Positions 25,456 through 38,485 of a stretch of 64,000 nt of DNA are shown one piece after another. This stretch comes from Felis catus (taxonomy: Eukaryota): positions 225,620,001 through 225,684,000 of the forward strand of contig NC_058368.1 in NCBI RefSeq assembly GCF_018350175.1, given 5' to 3'. Position 1 is the first letter of the stretch. Every line of letters starts with the position of its first letter. The translations under genes and the position numbers were made by a program. The notes beneath the pieces are model-generated. The model worked only from the letters and a program-made list of their open reading frames with translations, searched no databases and was not told where the DNA came from.

Positions 25456-25937
25456 GTACACGCGCTTCGCCACCAAAACTCGTCTTAACGGATACCCCCA
25501 GGGTTTTCAGATCCATGGCTTTGATTCAAATGAGGCACTACAGCAAACCGTTCAAAGGGGTTTGGTTCATGATCGAAAGAAAGAAGATACCCACGCCGAA
25601 GGGAATAGACCAGAGTTGTTCATTTTCTTAGAGGTAGCGTAGCAGGGTGTTCCAGAGGACCGACCGGGCATGATGGAGGGTTCCTGAGTCCGAGTCCTGA
25701 CATATTATTTTCTGTCTTTGGAGAATGCATCCGTTGTGTCTGTTTGCTCCTCTGTAAGGCAAGGGTAATTGTCATACCTAAGCCGTAGGATTCTTGTAAG
25801 GATAGTAATAAATGTGCTAGATACGTAAGCACTAAATAAACACTAACCATGATTATTTGTTATTATTATGTAGTATTATGTATTTCTGCTTCTGTTACTG
25901 TCTGAAGCTAGTTATATGTGCCAGCCCGTCTAATATC

Positions 25938-26140
25938 GATTTATTTTTTAAGTTTATTTATCTTAAGAGAGAGGGAGAGCGAGTTGGGGAGGGGCAGAGA
26001 GAGGGGGAGAGAGAACCCCCAGCAGGCTCCTCGCTGTCAGCACAGAGCCCCACGCAGAGTTCGAGCCCACGAACTGCGAGATCATGACCTGAGCTGAAAT
26101 CAAGTCGGACGCTCAAACGACTGAGCCACCCAGGTGCCCC
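25938..26140 (-). mobile_element. Can-SINE
   Basis: Reverse head ctgagccacccaggtgcccc. Confidence 0.92.
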
Positions 26141-26251
26141 ATGTTTTAAACATGATAAAACTTGCAGCTACCCATACTGGTTCAGATTCTTTCCTACAAT
26201 TAACATAAAAACTTGAGTTTGAAAGCCTGATATTTCAAAGAAGTCTTAGTG

Positions 26252-26347
26252 ATGGGCATCGAGGAGGGCATTTGTTGGGATGAGCACTGGGTATTGTATG
26301 GGAGCCAGTTCGACAATAAATTAGATTTAAAAAAAATAATACGAATG
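26252..26347 (+). mobile_element. Extremely 5'-truncated carnivore L1 tail (about 95 bp)
   Basis: gggatgagcactgggtattgtatg...aataaa plus A-rich tail; TSD aaagaagtcttagtg / aaagaagtctcggtg. Confidence 0.8.
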
Positions 26348-26558
26348 AAAGAAGTCTCGGTGGCTCCTGCGTGTAGAGCGAGTGAGTGAACTCCATTTTA
26401 CTCTTTCTTGAGACATCCGCGTCTTTCTGGGTGTCGGGTGCACGGGTGTTCTTCCTGTTCAGTGTGTGTGCGTGTCCCCCGAGGGGTCTGGGATGGACTC
26501 ACCTGCCTGGGCTTCTGTGGTCAGTGGGAGGCGGTGACCGTGTCCCCCTCTCCTGCAG

Positions 26559-26705
26559 GCAGAAGACAGCAGAGACTCCTTGGCCATGGCACTTTATGCA
26601 CGCTGCTTCGAGTGGGTGATTAAGAAGATTAACAGTAGGATCAAAGGCAAAGATGACTTTAAATCTATTGGCATCCTTGACATCTTTGGATTTGAAAACT
26701 TCGAG
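26559..26705 (+). CDS. MYO10: MYO10 exon 12 (switch II), 147 nt
   Basis: cctgcag|gca...ttcgag|gtatgc; AEDSRDSLAMALYARCFEWVIKKINSRIKGKDDFKSIGILDIFGFENFE. Confidence 0.98.
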
Positions 26706-26885
26706 GTATGCTTCTCATGGGTGGGATGCATGAATTTTTTTCTATCCACTTATTGACTTAACTCTCTTCACATGAATACTGGTATTTTTCTCTGAAGATT
26801 TTTTTTTTCTTTTTTGCTCTTTCTTGACCTTTGTATGTAATAGGAAGGGCACTAAAGATACGTGTTGAATGGTTCCCCCCCTTAG

Positions 26886-26986
26886 GTTAATCACTTTGAG
26901 CAGTTCAATATAAACTATGCAAATGAGAAACTTCAGGAATATTTCAACAAGCATATTTTTTCGCTGGAACAACTAGAATATAGCAG
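26886..26986 (+). CDS. MYO10: MYO10 exon 13 (relay helix), 101 nt
   Basis: cttag|gtt...agcag|gtaaga; [33 protein letters not shown]. Confidence 0.98.
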
Positions 26987-27094
26987 GTAAGAGCTCACAG
27001 AATTCCATTTAAATGTAAAAAAAAAATAAAAAGCCATAAATTAGTTTTAAAACTCTATTTTATTATAACTTAGCCCTTTTAAATCTTTCCACAG

Positions 27095-27161
27095 GGAAGG
27101 ATTAGTGTGGGAAGATATTGACTGGATAGACAATGGAGAATGCCTGGACCTGATTGAGAAG
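27095..27161 (+). CDS. MYO10: MYO10 exon 14, 67 nt
   Basis: ccacag|g...gagaag|gtaaca; EGLVWEDIDWIDNGECLDLIEK. Confidence 0.97.
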
Positions 27162-27559
27162 GTAACATTGTTGAAGGCTTGTTACCAGTCCCAAGGGTGT
27201 CCAGCTGGGCTGATTCATATTTATGGGAACAGAATAGCTTGTGCGAACATGCACATCAAAGATGTGAATGTTTAGAACACAATGGACCATTTGGAAACAT
27301 ACATGTAAATGTGCAAGGTTGAATTTTAATAGTTGGCTGCTTCAAACTTATTGTTTCATTGAACAAAGTATTTTAGAATCAACAGTGTGTGCATTGGCTT
27401 CCCTTGGATTTTAAGTCAGCATCAAAAGCTTCGCCAGCACCAGGAGTAGACTGGACAGTGTAAAAGTTTTGTTCACAAAATTATGGTGGGTTCCATTTTT
27501 CCATGTGTGTGTGGAAATTAAATTCATTGGATGTCTTTATAGTATCATTCTGAATTTTT

Positions 27560-27760
27560 TTTTTACCTTTATTTTGAGAGAGAGAGAGAGAGAGCGCGAA
27601 AGAGCGCTTGTGTGTGCGCACACACACAAGTGGGGGAGAGGCAGAAAGATGGAGAGAGAGAATCCCAAGTAGGCTCCCCACTGTCGGGGCTGAGCCCTAT
27701 TCGAGATCATGGCCTGAACTGAAGTCTGACTCTTAACCGCCTGAGCCACCCAGGCGCCCC
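27560..27760 (-). mobile_element. Can-SINE
   Basis: TSD tgaattttttt. Confidence 0.9.
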
Positions 27761-27888
27761 CTGAATTTTTTTAATCCAAGAAATTTCTATGACTTTTCCT
27801 TTAACCACTTACTTGAGAGAGTAGAGAGGAAATATGTTGAGGTAGACATTCAGCTTCGAATTCAATTCACCTTTCTTCTGTCTTCCAG

Positions 27889-27981
27889 AAACTCGGTCTC
27901 CTGGCTCTTATCAATGAAGAAAGCCATTTTCCACAAGCCACAGACAGCACCTTATTGGAGAAGTTACACAATCAACACGCG
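27889..27981 (+). CDS. MYO10: MYO10 exon 15, 93 nt
   Basis: ttccag|aaa...cacgcg|gtatgt; KLGLLALINEESHFPQATDSTLLEKLHNQHA. Confidence 0.97.
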
Positions 27982-28406
27982 GTATGTCAAAACCTGCCAA
28001 TTCTTAATTATGTCTGAGTGGGAGATCTGTGGGTTAAGATTCCACACAAGCTATTTCGGTGCTGTTGGCTCTCCTCGGCTCTCCACACGTAATTCTCTTC
28101 TCAAACCAAAGCTCTTCTCCAATTGCTGGAACCAAATTGAAATCCGTTGAAGGGATAGATTTGGGGCTCCTTGTCAGAATATGCCCACATTCAGTTTATG
28201 AGTTTAGAATTTAACATCACTGCTGTGAGGCCAGGTAAGAGCTCCATGGTTTCGATAAAATTGCGTCACATGCTCTGTCCTCAACCTCTGCTCTGTGGTG
28301 GGCTTTGCGATTGTTTTCACTGTCTCTGGTAGTCAATTGTCTCTGGAGGTCTGTGCAAATCAGTAAGTGACATTAGGCGCTTGTATTTTTTTTTTTTTTT
28401 TATTAG

Positions 28407-28475
28407 AATAACCACTTTTACGTGAAGCCTAGAGTTGCAGTGAACAATTTTGGAGTGAAGCACTACGCTGGAGAG
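28407..28475 (+). CDS. MYO10: MYO10 exon 16, 69 nt
   Basis: tattag|aat...ggagag|gtaact; NNHFYVKPRVAVNNFGVKHYAGE. Confidence 0.97.
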
Positions 28476-28671
28476 GTAACTTCTTACTTGAGATCCTTGT
28501 GGGTATTTGCCCGTCTGGTACCTAGAAAAATAGCTGATTTCAGAAGCCAACATAAATATGTTGAAATGACTTCTTTCATGGGTCTGGCGTTTAAAGGGGA
28601 TGCCTATGACCTGAAATCATTCTTTTGACCAACTGTACGGTTTTTCTTTTTCTTTTCTTTTTTTAAACCAG

Positions 28672-28754
28672 GTGCAGTATGATGTCCGGGGCATCTTGGA
28701 GAAGAACAGAGATACCTTCAGAGATGATCTTCTCAACTTGCTCCGAGAAAGCCG
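28672..28754 (+). CDS. MYO10: MYO10 exon 17, 83 nt
   Basis: aaccag|gtg...agccg|gtatgt; VQYDVRGILEKNRDTFRDDLLNLLRES. Confidence 0.97.
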
Positions 28755-29614
28755 GTATGTCGGTCTCCAACCCCATATGTTGTTAGCAAGCAAAGCATTC
28801 CTTGTGCAAATTTACAAACATAGAAAAAAATTGGTATGGAAGCAGCTTGGTTTACTGTGTTCTTTCACGGGCAATATTTCATTAATCAAATGACCTCGAT
28901 ACAGAAAATAATATGAGTCGCATTGACCACCATTTAATGAGGTACCATAAGAAGAGCGTATCTATGACGTAGATACTGTCAGTCCTGTTAAGCAGATGAG
29001 GGAAGTAGTTTTGGGGGCGGTTCAGGGCCTTGCCCACGAATCGACAGCTAGTTTTGATTTGCTCTGCTTGGCTCAAGAACAGAAGGCCTTGCCCAGGATG
29101 ACCTTTCTTCTCAACAGGCCGAGAGCTCCGTGTTCAATTGCTTTCATCCTCTGGTCCGAAGGACCCGTGTGTCTCTAGCTGAAGGGATGTCAGGAAAAAA
29201 CAGCCATCCAGCTAAAATTACAAACTTCCACATGCATTGATTCGTGCACGAATCGTAAATTCACGCCCTTAAATCGGTAGTTGGTTAGCTTAGCTGCTTG
29301 GAGGAGGCTGTGTGAGAGAGAAAGGGGGAGAATCGCCCAGAGGGAAAGCTTTCGATACTTGTTTCAGATCCAGAGTGAATCTGTGACAGAAACATTTTTA
29401 TTATCTAGGTTGGGAAAGTAGCACAATTACTTAAAAATCTGTAATACTTTTAGGAATGTCAACCCCATGTGGCTACACTGTCACATAGACTGAATTGAGG
29501 TGAAGGAAGCCCACCCACAGGGTCAGATAGGAGTTTAGAAATGGAAGGTATTTCGATTTGTTTGAACTCTCCTGTGTGAAGATTCCCTGTTTACAACATT
29601 GGCAGCTATTTTTG

Positions 29615-29840
29615 CTTTTATTTTTTTTGTAATTTTTTGTAATTTAATGTTTATTTATTTTGAGAGAGAGAGAGAGACAGAGCACAAGCAGGGGAGGGGC
29701 AGAGAGAGAGGGAGACACAGAATCTGAAGCAGGCTCTGAGCTGTCAGCACAGCCCGACACGGGGCTCGAACTCACAGACCATGAGATCATGACCTGAGCC
29801 GAAGTCGGACGCTCAACCAACTGAGGCACCCAGGCTCCCC
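29615..29840 (-). mobile_element. Can-SINE
   Basis: Reverse head and tail. Confidence 0.92.
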
Positions 29841-29893
29841 AGCTGTTCTTATTTTTAGATGAGTTTTCAGCTCTTTAAAAATGGAGATGTTCA

Positions 29894-29999
29894 GGGATGC
29901 CTGGCTGGCTCAGTCAGCAGAGCATGTGACTCTTGATCTTGGGGCTGTGAGTTTAAGCCCCACATTGAGGATAGAGTTTACTTTAAAAAAAAAAAATAC

Positions 30000-30030
<31 letters not shown>

Positions 30031-30035
30031 ATAAT
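29894..30035 (+). mobile_element. Short Can-SINE variant
   Basis: gggatgcctggctggctcagtc head with A/(TA)n tail. Confidence 0.85.
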
Positions 30036-30618
30036 AAAAATGGTGGTATTTTCAAAATACCATAGCAATGGTACTTTTCTATCCGCTGTCAAAGCAATTT
30101 CTTAGTTATTAGATTTTAATTGATACATTTAAAAATGACCTTCATGTTAAATAAAAGCATTTTGCTGTGAAAAGATCACAGGTGTGGAGGTCAGCAAGGT
30201 GACATTTGGCTGGTCGCCTCAGTCAAAACGTAAAGTGGGTTTGTGACTGGAGTAAAAGAGTTTCTTTCTTAGTCCAGGTTTGTCTCTGCAAAAATGAGGG
30301 GCTTGGGCTGTTGCTTGGTCTGTGCTCTTTGACCTTTGACATCTGTGACACTTTCATGGAAACAGAGCTTTCCTCTGAAGCGCTCAAAGCACACTAAGAG
30401 AACTTCAAAGAGCACGTAATAGCACCCTGGAACAAAAACGAAAAAGGGATGGGGGCAAAGTGAGAGGTGACAGGGCCGCCTTTGATGGTGCCACCTCAGG
30501 AGGTGTGGATCCTCAGACATCGTCCCTGCCTTTCCTGGTCTCAGTGAAGCCACTCATCCCCACTCCTCTGCCCAGAGCTGTAGCGTCTTCCATGCAAGAA
30601 AGATAAAAAGTTATCGGA

Positions 30619-30825
30619 GGGGCACCCGGGTGGCTCAGTTGGTCAAGCATCCGACTGCGGCTCCGATCACGATCTCGCGGTCCGTGAGTTCGAGCCCCGC
30701 GTCGGGCTCTGTGCTGACAGCTCTGAGCCTGGAGCCTTTTTCAGATTCTGTGTCTCCCTCTCTCTGCCCCTCCCCTCTTCACACTCTGTCTCTCTGTCTT
30801 TCAAAAGTAAGTAAACAACAACAAA
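30619..30825 (+). mobile_element. Can-SINE
   Basis: TSD aaaagttatcgga / aaaattattgga. Confidence 0.93.
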
Positions 30826-31507
30826 AAAATTATTGGAAGCCTTTTACTTTTTATTAGTAGGGGCAATTTTATAGAGCTTTTCAGCGTTAACAGCAACAAA
30901 CTAACATGAGCGTTGACGCTGTGCCAGGCACCGTGCTCAGCCTTTGGTATACATTTTCTCATTTCATTCCCCACCCCACCGCCAGCACAGTGGGACAGAT
31001 TCTTAACTTAGCCTCATTTTTCTGCAAAAGGAGGGTAAGTCACGCATCTGCCCTGGTCCTGTAGCTTGGAAGGGGTGGGGGCAGGATGGAAACCCTACTG
31101 TGTTTCACTGCAGATCTCACTTTTCCCTCTGTGAACTGGTTGGATCTTCGAGATACAGTGAGATGTGCGAAAACATCTCCCTCCTACGGGCAAAGACATC
31201 AGGGCTGCAGAAGCATAGGTGGCACTCTGGAAACACAGGGCTCCTTGCTGGCATGCCACCCCGGGTGACTTTCATCCCAGTCCGTTTGTCTTCTGCAAGA
31301 CTGGGGCTCAGAAGGCGGCCACCATTTTTCCCCCCAGTGCCTAAAGCCCTCGGGCAGTGGTTGTTTTGAAATCTTTGGAAGTTGTCTTAGCTCTTCCTGG
31401 ACTCGATGTGTTACTTTCATCGGGAAAGTGTGTTGTAATTATAGTAATCCAGCCCCTGATAACCGGGTGCGTGGCCCTCATGGCCCTGCCCCTCTCTGCT
31501 CACACAG

Positions 31508-31616
31508 ATTCGACTTCATCTATGACCTGTTTGAACACGTTTCAAGCCGCAATAACCAGGATACCTTGAAATGTGGAAGCAAACACCGACGGCCCACAGT
31601 GAGCTCACAGTTCAAG
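31508..31616 (+). CDS. MYO10: MYO10 exon 18 (loop 2), 109 nt
   Basis: cacag|a...ttcaag|gttagt; FDFIYDLFEHVSSRNNQDTLKCGSKHRRPTVSSQFK. Confidence 0.97.
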
Positions 31617-32134
31617 GTTAGTCTGTCCTGCTGGCTTTCACGAATTTATGGGTGCTGTGATTTTAGGAATTGGAAACAGGGATTGGCGTATGTGAGGTCC
31701 AGGAAAGCGTTTATTTTATTTTTTCTTTTATGTCACCAGATAGTGCTTTCGAAATAAAATCTGCTTTTTTCTGAGATGAAAACATGTAGGTTTTTGGTTT
31801 TTTGTTTTTGGGTTTTTTTTTTTTTTTTTTTTGTCTTGTTAAATAGCTACCTATTCTAAGTTGAAGGACTATTTGGCCATTTGGGGTCACCTTGATTTGT
31901 ATTTAGAGGCTCATATGAATATAGAGTGTATTTCTTCCCATGTTTGGTTTTTGTATTTTTCCCGGGTACGTTTACAGTATCATAACTGGGAATAACGACT
32001 GAGCAAGCACGCATTTAAATAAGATCCATGTCAGTTACCTTGTCCAGAATTCAAGGAAATAGGGACCATTCTACTTGCATTTTAAATATGTAGCCATTTT
32101 AGAAAGTTTAGAGGTAGAGCATGTGAAGACCATT

Positions 32135-32352
32135 TTTGAAAAAAAAAATTTTTAATGTCTATTTTTGAGAGAGAGAGAAACTGGAGCACAAGTGGGGGAG
32201 GGGCAGAGAGAGAGGGAGGCACAGAATCCGAAACAGGCTCCAGGCTCTGAGCTGTCAGCACAAGCCCGACGCGGGGCTCGAACTCACAGACCGTGAGATC
32301 ATGACCTGAGCCGAAGTTGGACGCTGAACTGACTGAGCCACCCAGGCGCCCC
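32135..32352 (-). mobile_element. Can-SINE
   Basis: TSD gaccatttt. Confidence 0.93.
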
Positions 32353-32639
32353 TGACCATTTTCTGACCTTAATTGTTCTGTTTTACCCCCAAGTAACAAA
32401 TCCTAATAGGAAGAGAAAGAGAGGCGTATGAGTCAATAGACATTTATTAAATCTGCCTTCAAAGAGTCTTTCACTTAGTTATTCGGAGTTGGATGCATCC
32501 GGTGGGGTTCTGTGTGAGGCCTGTTGTACAACGTAGTTGGCAATGAGCCAGACACTCACCAACCTTGCTAACAGCTGGATCATGAGATATGATGGGCAGG
32601 CTTCACCTAGATAGGATATAATAAAAACAGTTGCCATTT

Positions 32640-32838
32640 GGGGGCACCTGGGAGGCTCAGTCAGTTAAACATCTAACTCTTGGTTTCGGCTCAGGTCATG
32701 ATTTCACGGTTTGTGAGTTTGAGCCCCATGTTGGGCTCTGTGCTGACAACGGGGCCTGCCTGGGATTCCCTCCCCCGCCCCTTCCTCTGCCCCTCCCCCA
32801 CTCACACGGTATCTGTCTCAAATAAATTAAAAAAAAAA
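32640..32838 (+). mobile_element. Can-SINE
   Basis: TSD aaaacagttgccattt / aaaatagttaccattt. Confidence 0.92.
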
Positions 32839-32844
32839 ATAGTT

Positions 32845-33050
32845 ACCATTTATTGTGTACGTATTATGTGCCAGTCACTAATCACGTATATGATCTTGTT
32901 CATTTCTCCCATCTTATAAGTACATACTGTTGTCCCCATTTTATAGATGAGGAAACTGAGGTTTGGAGAAATGGAGACCATTCAGGCCCTCTGAGGACTA
33001 AAGCTAGGATTTGAACTGTACCTGTCTGACTCTAAAACCTAGGTTTCTAA
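32845..33050 (-). mobile_element. MIR SINE
   Basis: CORE motif ccccattttatagatgaggaaactgagg and ggatttgaac...tctgactc. Confidence 0.75.
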
Positions 33051-33315
33051 TCCCCCAGTGGAGTTGTTATATTACCTTTTTCTAGAGCAGTGTTGTCTGG
33101 AGTTGCCTTGGAAGGCTTTGTGGATATTTGGGGATTAAATTGCACTAGGAATCAAGGAAATGGCAGAGAGCGGTCCAGTGCATTCAGACCTTCCAGGTAG
33201 AGAGACTGAGCAGGAGGAGTCCTGAGGCAGGAACGTTGGGTCGTGTTCCCGGAAGACTGATTCAGTGAGGCCAGCAGACAGAATGTCTCATAGGGAGTTA
33301 AATTGGCACCAGAAT

Positions 33316-33318
33316 ATA

Positions 33319-33375
<57 letters not shown>
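33316..33375. repeat. (TA)n microsatellite
   Basis: Read directly from the sequence. Confidence 0.95.
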
Positions 33376-33378
<3 letters not shown>

Positions 33379-33409
33379 GGGCCACACATGCCAGGCCATT
33401 TGGTCACCT

Positions 33410-33960
33410 GTGAGAAATCCTAAAGCTTTCGAACCCGAGAAGTAACTAACCAATGTAGTGCTGTAGACGACCCAGTTTTTTCCACAAAATTGTAAGAAGA
33501 AAAAAGAAATGGAGGGAAACCCAGTGGATTAAAAGACTGAAAGACCCTAAGTACAGTACAGGAACCTCATCTGCATTCTCATTTCAAGGAACAGACCGGT
33601 TAAAAATTATGAAATTTGAGACACTTGAGGATTTTTGTATGAAATCTGAGTCACCTGCTTCTTTTAAGATTGGAATTAAGGAATTCTTGTTCAAGCTTTT
33701 TCGGATGATGCTATGGTGGTTACATACAGGTTTGGAAATGTTTAGCCTTTAATAGCACATATGAAATCTTGAGGGATGAACTAAAAACGCCGTTTTCTAC
33801 AAGGGCTGGGCGTAGGGTGTCCTCAGATGGGGACTGGATGAAATGAGATTAGCCATGAGCCGAAGCTGGTGATGAGTGTTCATTACATGCTCTGTCTGCA
33901 TTGGGAAATGTTAAAAATTCATCACAATAGCAACAAAAAATTTAAAAAATAATAATAAAG
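33410..33960 (+). mobile_element. Ancient L1 3' region (L1MC/ME-like)
   Basis: attaaggaattcttgtt, ggatgaaatgagattagccatgag and A-rich end. Confidence 0.55.
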
Positions 33961-34433
33961 CAGTATTATGGAAGCTTGATCTGCCTGGTGACTTCTGGGT
34001 AAGAGTGAGAAAGTGTGAATTATTGGTACAGACTGTCATCTTAATGGAAATAATGAATTAGGAGGAAAAAACCTCCAGTGGGACAGTGCATTCAGCCCAG
34101 ATTTTCTGTACCAAACATCGAAATAGCCCAGAGTTGCTTTCTGGTGGTTAACAGAATATTGGTTCCCCCCCCCCCCCATGATACTCTTCCAATGAAGTGA
34201 CAAATGAGTTTTGTATATTGTGAAGTAATTTCAGTGACTATCGATTGTAGCACCTTGGCTTTATCTTATATGAGGATGACAGTGTTAAAACTTAATATTC
34301 CATTAATCAGAAAAAAATTATTCCTGATTTCTATTGTTTCTTCCTGTTTCTGAGGAGTGCCTGAGATGCTGAGAAATCTAAAGAATGACATAATAAGAGA
34401 CTAAATCAACATATACTTTTTTCTTTCTAATAG

Positions 34434-34514
34434 GACTCGCTGCATTCCTTAATGGCAACGCTAAGCTGCTCTAATCCTTTCTTTGTTCGCTGTATCAAGC
34501 CAAACACGCAGAAG
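34434..34514 (+). CDS. MYO10: MYO10 exon 19, 81 nt; ends in phase 0 just before Met644
   Basis: ctaatag|gac...cagaag|gtaaga; DSLHSLMATLSCSNPFFVRCIKPNTQK. Confidence 0.97.
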
Positions 34515-35422
34515 GTAAGATTTACAGCAGCGCTAGACTGAGGCTGTGTCTTTAAGGACACCACCTCCCGGGCACTGTCTGTAAAGCCCTTTCATCATAG
34601 AGGGTTGGGAGCATATATGACATTATTACAACCTAACATTAAATAGAAAAATTCCCTTTGTCTCCTGGGCCTACTTCTCTGCTTCTGAATGCTGCCATTA
34701 AGCTTTAGAGAAATCTAGTTTAAAAGGAAACCTTGTGAAACCTTCACAATTTTTTTTTTTTTTTTTTTTTAAGGATTTGGTTTGAAATTCTTGGGCAGCT
34801 GTCTCTTATGGAAGAGATGGTTGGTGTATGTTTTGTGGTTGGTTTAGTTTTTCATTTTGCTTTCTTGTTAAGCATGATGAGAGGTCTGTATTCTAAGTAG
34901 CGATGCTGACTTTTTTAAGGACTCTGACCAGGTAGTCATGCCTAATTTGATAATTCCTGATAGAGCGTCATCGTGTGTTTTCATGGGCAGGCTCTGTGAA
35001 TTTAGTGTTTTAATGCCATAGCCTGATCAGAAACAATGTGAGTGTTACAGGAAGCTGTCTGAACAAAGAAAATTTAGTATTCAATGTATGTCGTTGCTGA
35101 ATCCAAGACTAAATGGGAAACTAGCCGTCAAATGTTGAAAAATAGAAATTGTCTTGCTTTGGGAAACATCAGCTCTTTGTAATCTCCCCGAAGAGAGGAA
35201 AACCCTCCACAAGACAGTAATGTCAGCAGCCCCTCTTGTTAAAAAACTAAATGCTGTTCTCATAAGGTGTAAGAGAAGGAATCTGACCTGAAACTGTTTC
35301 TCTTGAGACTTAGGTTATATTCTAGTAACTTTGCTGATACTAGATCTTATTTTTTACCTTGTTTCCCAGTTGCCCTTGACTTACTATTAGTGGTTCCTCA
35401 TTTATAGTTTAAAGGTGTTCAT

Positions 35423-35645
35423 GGGGCGCCTGGGTGGCTCAGTCGGTTGAGCGTCCGACTTCGGCTCAGGTCACGATCTCGCGGTCCGTGAGTTCGAGCC
35501 CCGCATCGGGCTCTGTGCTGACAGCTCAGAGCCTGGAGCCTGCTTCCGATTCTGTGTCTCCCTCTCTCTCCGACCCTCCCCCATTCATGCTCTGTCTCTC
35601 TCTGTCTCAAAAATAAATAAACATTAAAAAAAAAAAAAAAAAAAA
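35423..35645 (+). mobile_element. Young SINEC_Fc
   Basis: Long pure polyA; TSD aaaggtgttcat / aaagatgttcat. Confidence 0.95.
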
Positions 35646-36007
35646 AAGATGTTCATAAGAACCACGATACTGAACTCTCTGTCTTCTAGGAAGGTAAAAA
35701 TGGATGCTGCCTGTAAGGACAAGTAACCTGTTAAGTTTGCTGTCTCACTATGAGCCCATGATGGTGAGAATTTGGTATTTGTGTGGCATAAAGCAGCCGA
35801 CGGAGACTGGTCTTACATGGAAGATCTGTGCCTCTGTTCTGGTGGTTTAAAAAAACAGCTCACCTTTCCATGTCTCGAATTTATATTAAAATGTTTTAGA
35901 TTATCACAGAAAATGGCAGCATAAACAATATGTAGTTTTTGGCCATAACGTAGGAAATTACTAGTTAAAACCTAGCAAGATACCACGCCAGCTGTTTTCT
36001 ATTTCTC

Positions 36008-36215
36008 TTTAATTTTTTTTAACGTTTATTTATAATTGAGAGACAGAGCATGAGCATGGGAGGGGCAGAGAGAGGGGGAGACACAGAATCGGAAGCAGGT
36101 TCCAGGCTCTGAGCTGTCAGCACAGAGCCTGACGCAGGGCTCAAACTCACAGACCGCGAGATGGTGACCTGAGCAGAAGTCGGACGCTTAACTGCCTGAG
36201 TCACCCAGGTGCCCC
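36008..36215 (-). mobile_element. Can-SINE
   Basis: Reverse head and tail. Confidence 0.92.
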
Positions 36216-37883
36216 TATATTTCACTTTATAACCTCAATAGGCAGTTTTTACGATATATATGGACTTTGTGATTTGGGTCTATACATACTCCCAGGAGCT
36301 GTGTAACCTCTCTTACTTTTCCTCTTTACACAACAGGGATAGTAATACCGTGTTTCATCGCTCAAAGAGGCTGTTTGTTCCCAATTTAAGGACTTGGGTA
36401 CTGGGGGTGCGTTTTACAACTTCTGGCGAGCAATAGTTTAATTGGGAGCGCTGTGCCTTTCTCAGGGGTATGTGTAACATACTCATGCAGGTTTGTAGGC
36501 GTCGGTGTCTTAGATTCAGTAAAATGCGGACCTGCCATATGTCAGCACTGTTATAAGGAGAGAAATTTGAATTTGAAAAACATAGTCCCGCATGTATTTG
36601 TTTTCTTTCTTGGGTGACATGGAGTTTTTCCTCGAAATTGTAATAGCTTTTGAAATTAGGCCTGCTTGAACAGTCTTCAGCAGGCAGAATATTGAAGAGA
36701 TTACCTTTTACTGATGTTTATTTTTTTCTTGCTGGGATGTGACTGTCCCTAATTGCTTTGGTTTTTGCATTTAAAGAAATGAGCCAACCCAACCTCATGT
36801 TTCATAAGTACTTCTCACAGTCTTCCCATCACCTGTTCTGTGGCAGAAACTAATTAATACTCACCAAGAGTTGGACCGTAGGAGACTTTGGAAAAACATC
36901 TCAGTACCATTTCAGATGCACCCAGAAAGTGAAGGCACAGACACGTGAACCTTCTGGTCTGAGGCCCAAGACGTAGGTGTGATTTTAAGTGCGAAGATGC
37001 TAATTAGAATCTGGAAATCGTTAATTATGGCTTGCTTAGCATTCATTTGGTTCCACTGAAAATATCTGAGTGCTCCTGTTGATGATGTTATATGAAATGT
37101 ATGTAAACAACCCTCATTTGGAGTTTATTGTGAGCTTTCTTTTGTCCTAAGATCAGTGCTTCTAGAAATCTCACGGGGAAAATCTTGCCAGCCTTTGCCC
37201 CATAGAAGAGGAGTGTATATTTCTGGCATGAAGGGATGAGACCATGTCTCTTACTCCATACCCTTTTCTGGTCATTTGCTCCTTACGGGACCTTGAGAGG
37301 ATGTACTTGAACTTACGTATATGGAAGTATTTTGTGCCTCATTCAGGAACATGGGTCATAGGTTTGGGCAGATTCTAGAGGGTTCATTTTTGACAACTCT
37401 ATGACCAGAGGGATAAAAGCAGTGGCCTTCAAGTCTGTGACCTAAAGAAATGTGGCCTTAGAAAAAGTGGAGGAGTTGCCTTGTGCTTTTGGGAGCATAT
37501 CCAAGATTACCATGGTGGCCTTGTGAATGTGAGTACACGCCCAGTGGGCCCCAAGCTTGCAGGGCAGGCTGCCTCCTCTCCTTGGCAAATGCATGAAGCT
37601 CAGAGTGGGTCCTTGGGCCTAAAGCATTGGGAAATCCTTTGCTGGAAATATTACAGGGTTTTTGTTACTTGGCACTTTTGTGTTTTGCTTTGAAGGCCAA
37701 GTGCAAATGGGGAGAATTGGACTGAAATGCTAGGATATTATGTCAGTTCAGCTGTAATAATTGTGGACTTTTTGTCATGCGCAACATGAAGTTGATCTTA
37801 GGTGTTGTATAAAAGACATTTCACTCGCGTTGAGGAATCCTGGGGCTGAGTCACAAGGTGAAGTTGAAAAAGCCTACCTCTTA

Positions 37884-38260
37884 GACAATGGAGTATTACT
37901 CAGCCGTAAACAAAGAATGAAATCCCGCCATTGGCTAAGGACATGGATGGAGCTGGAGTCTGAGGCTAAGCAAAATACGCCTGAGAAAGACAAACACCGT
38001 GTGATTTCACTCCTATGTGGAATTTAAGAAACCAAGGAGCAAAGAGAAGAAGGCAGGCGAGCCAAGAAGTTCTTGCCTGTAGAGAACCAACTGTTGGTTA
38101 CCAGAGGGGAGGTGGGTGGGGGATGGGTGAAATAGGTGATGGGGATTAAGGAGCGCGCTCATGGTTGTGAGCACTGGGTGTAGTATGGAAGTGTTGAATT
38201 GAAACCGACAGAACGCTGTGTGTTAACTACACTGGAAGTAAAATTTAAAATAAAATTACA
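37884..38260 (+). mobile_element. Carnivore L1 3' fragment
   Basis: acaatggagtattactcagcc...acatggatggagctggag...tgagcactgggtg, i.e. ORF2 end plus 3'UTR. Confidence 0.85.
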
Positions 38261-38485
38261 GGGGCGCCTGGGTGGCCCAGTCGGTTAAGCGTCCGACTTC
38301 AGCCAGGTCACGATCTCGCGGTCCGGGAGTTCGAGCCCCGCGTCGAGCTCTGGGCTGATGGCTCGGAGCCTGGAGCCTGTTTCCGATTCTGTGTCTCCCT
38401 CTCTCTCTGCCCCTCGCCCATTCATGTTCTGTCTCTCTCTGTCCCCAAAAAAACGTTGAAAAAAAATTTTTTTAAAAGAAAAAAA
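38261..38485 (+). mobile_element. Young SINEC_Fc inserted in the L1 tail
   Basis: TSD aaaataaaattaca. Confidence 0.95.
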
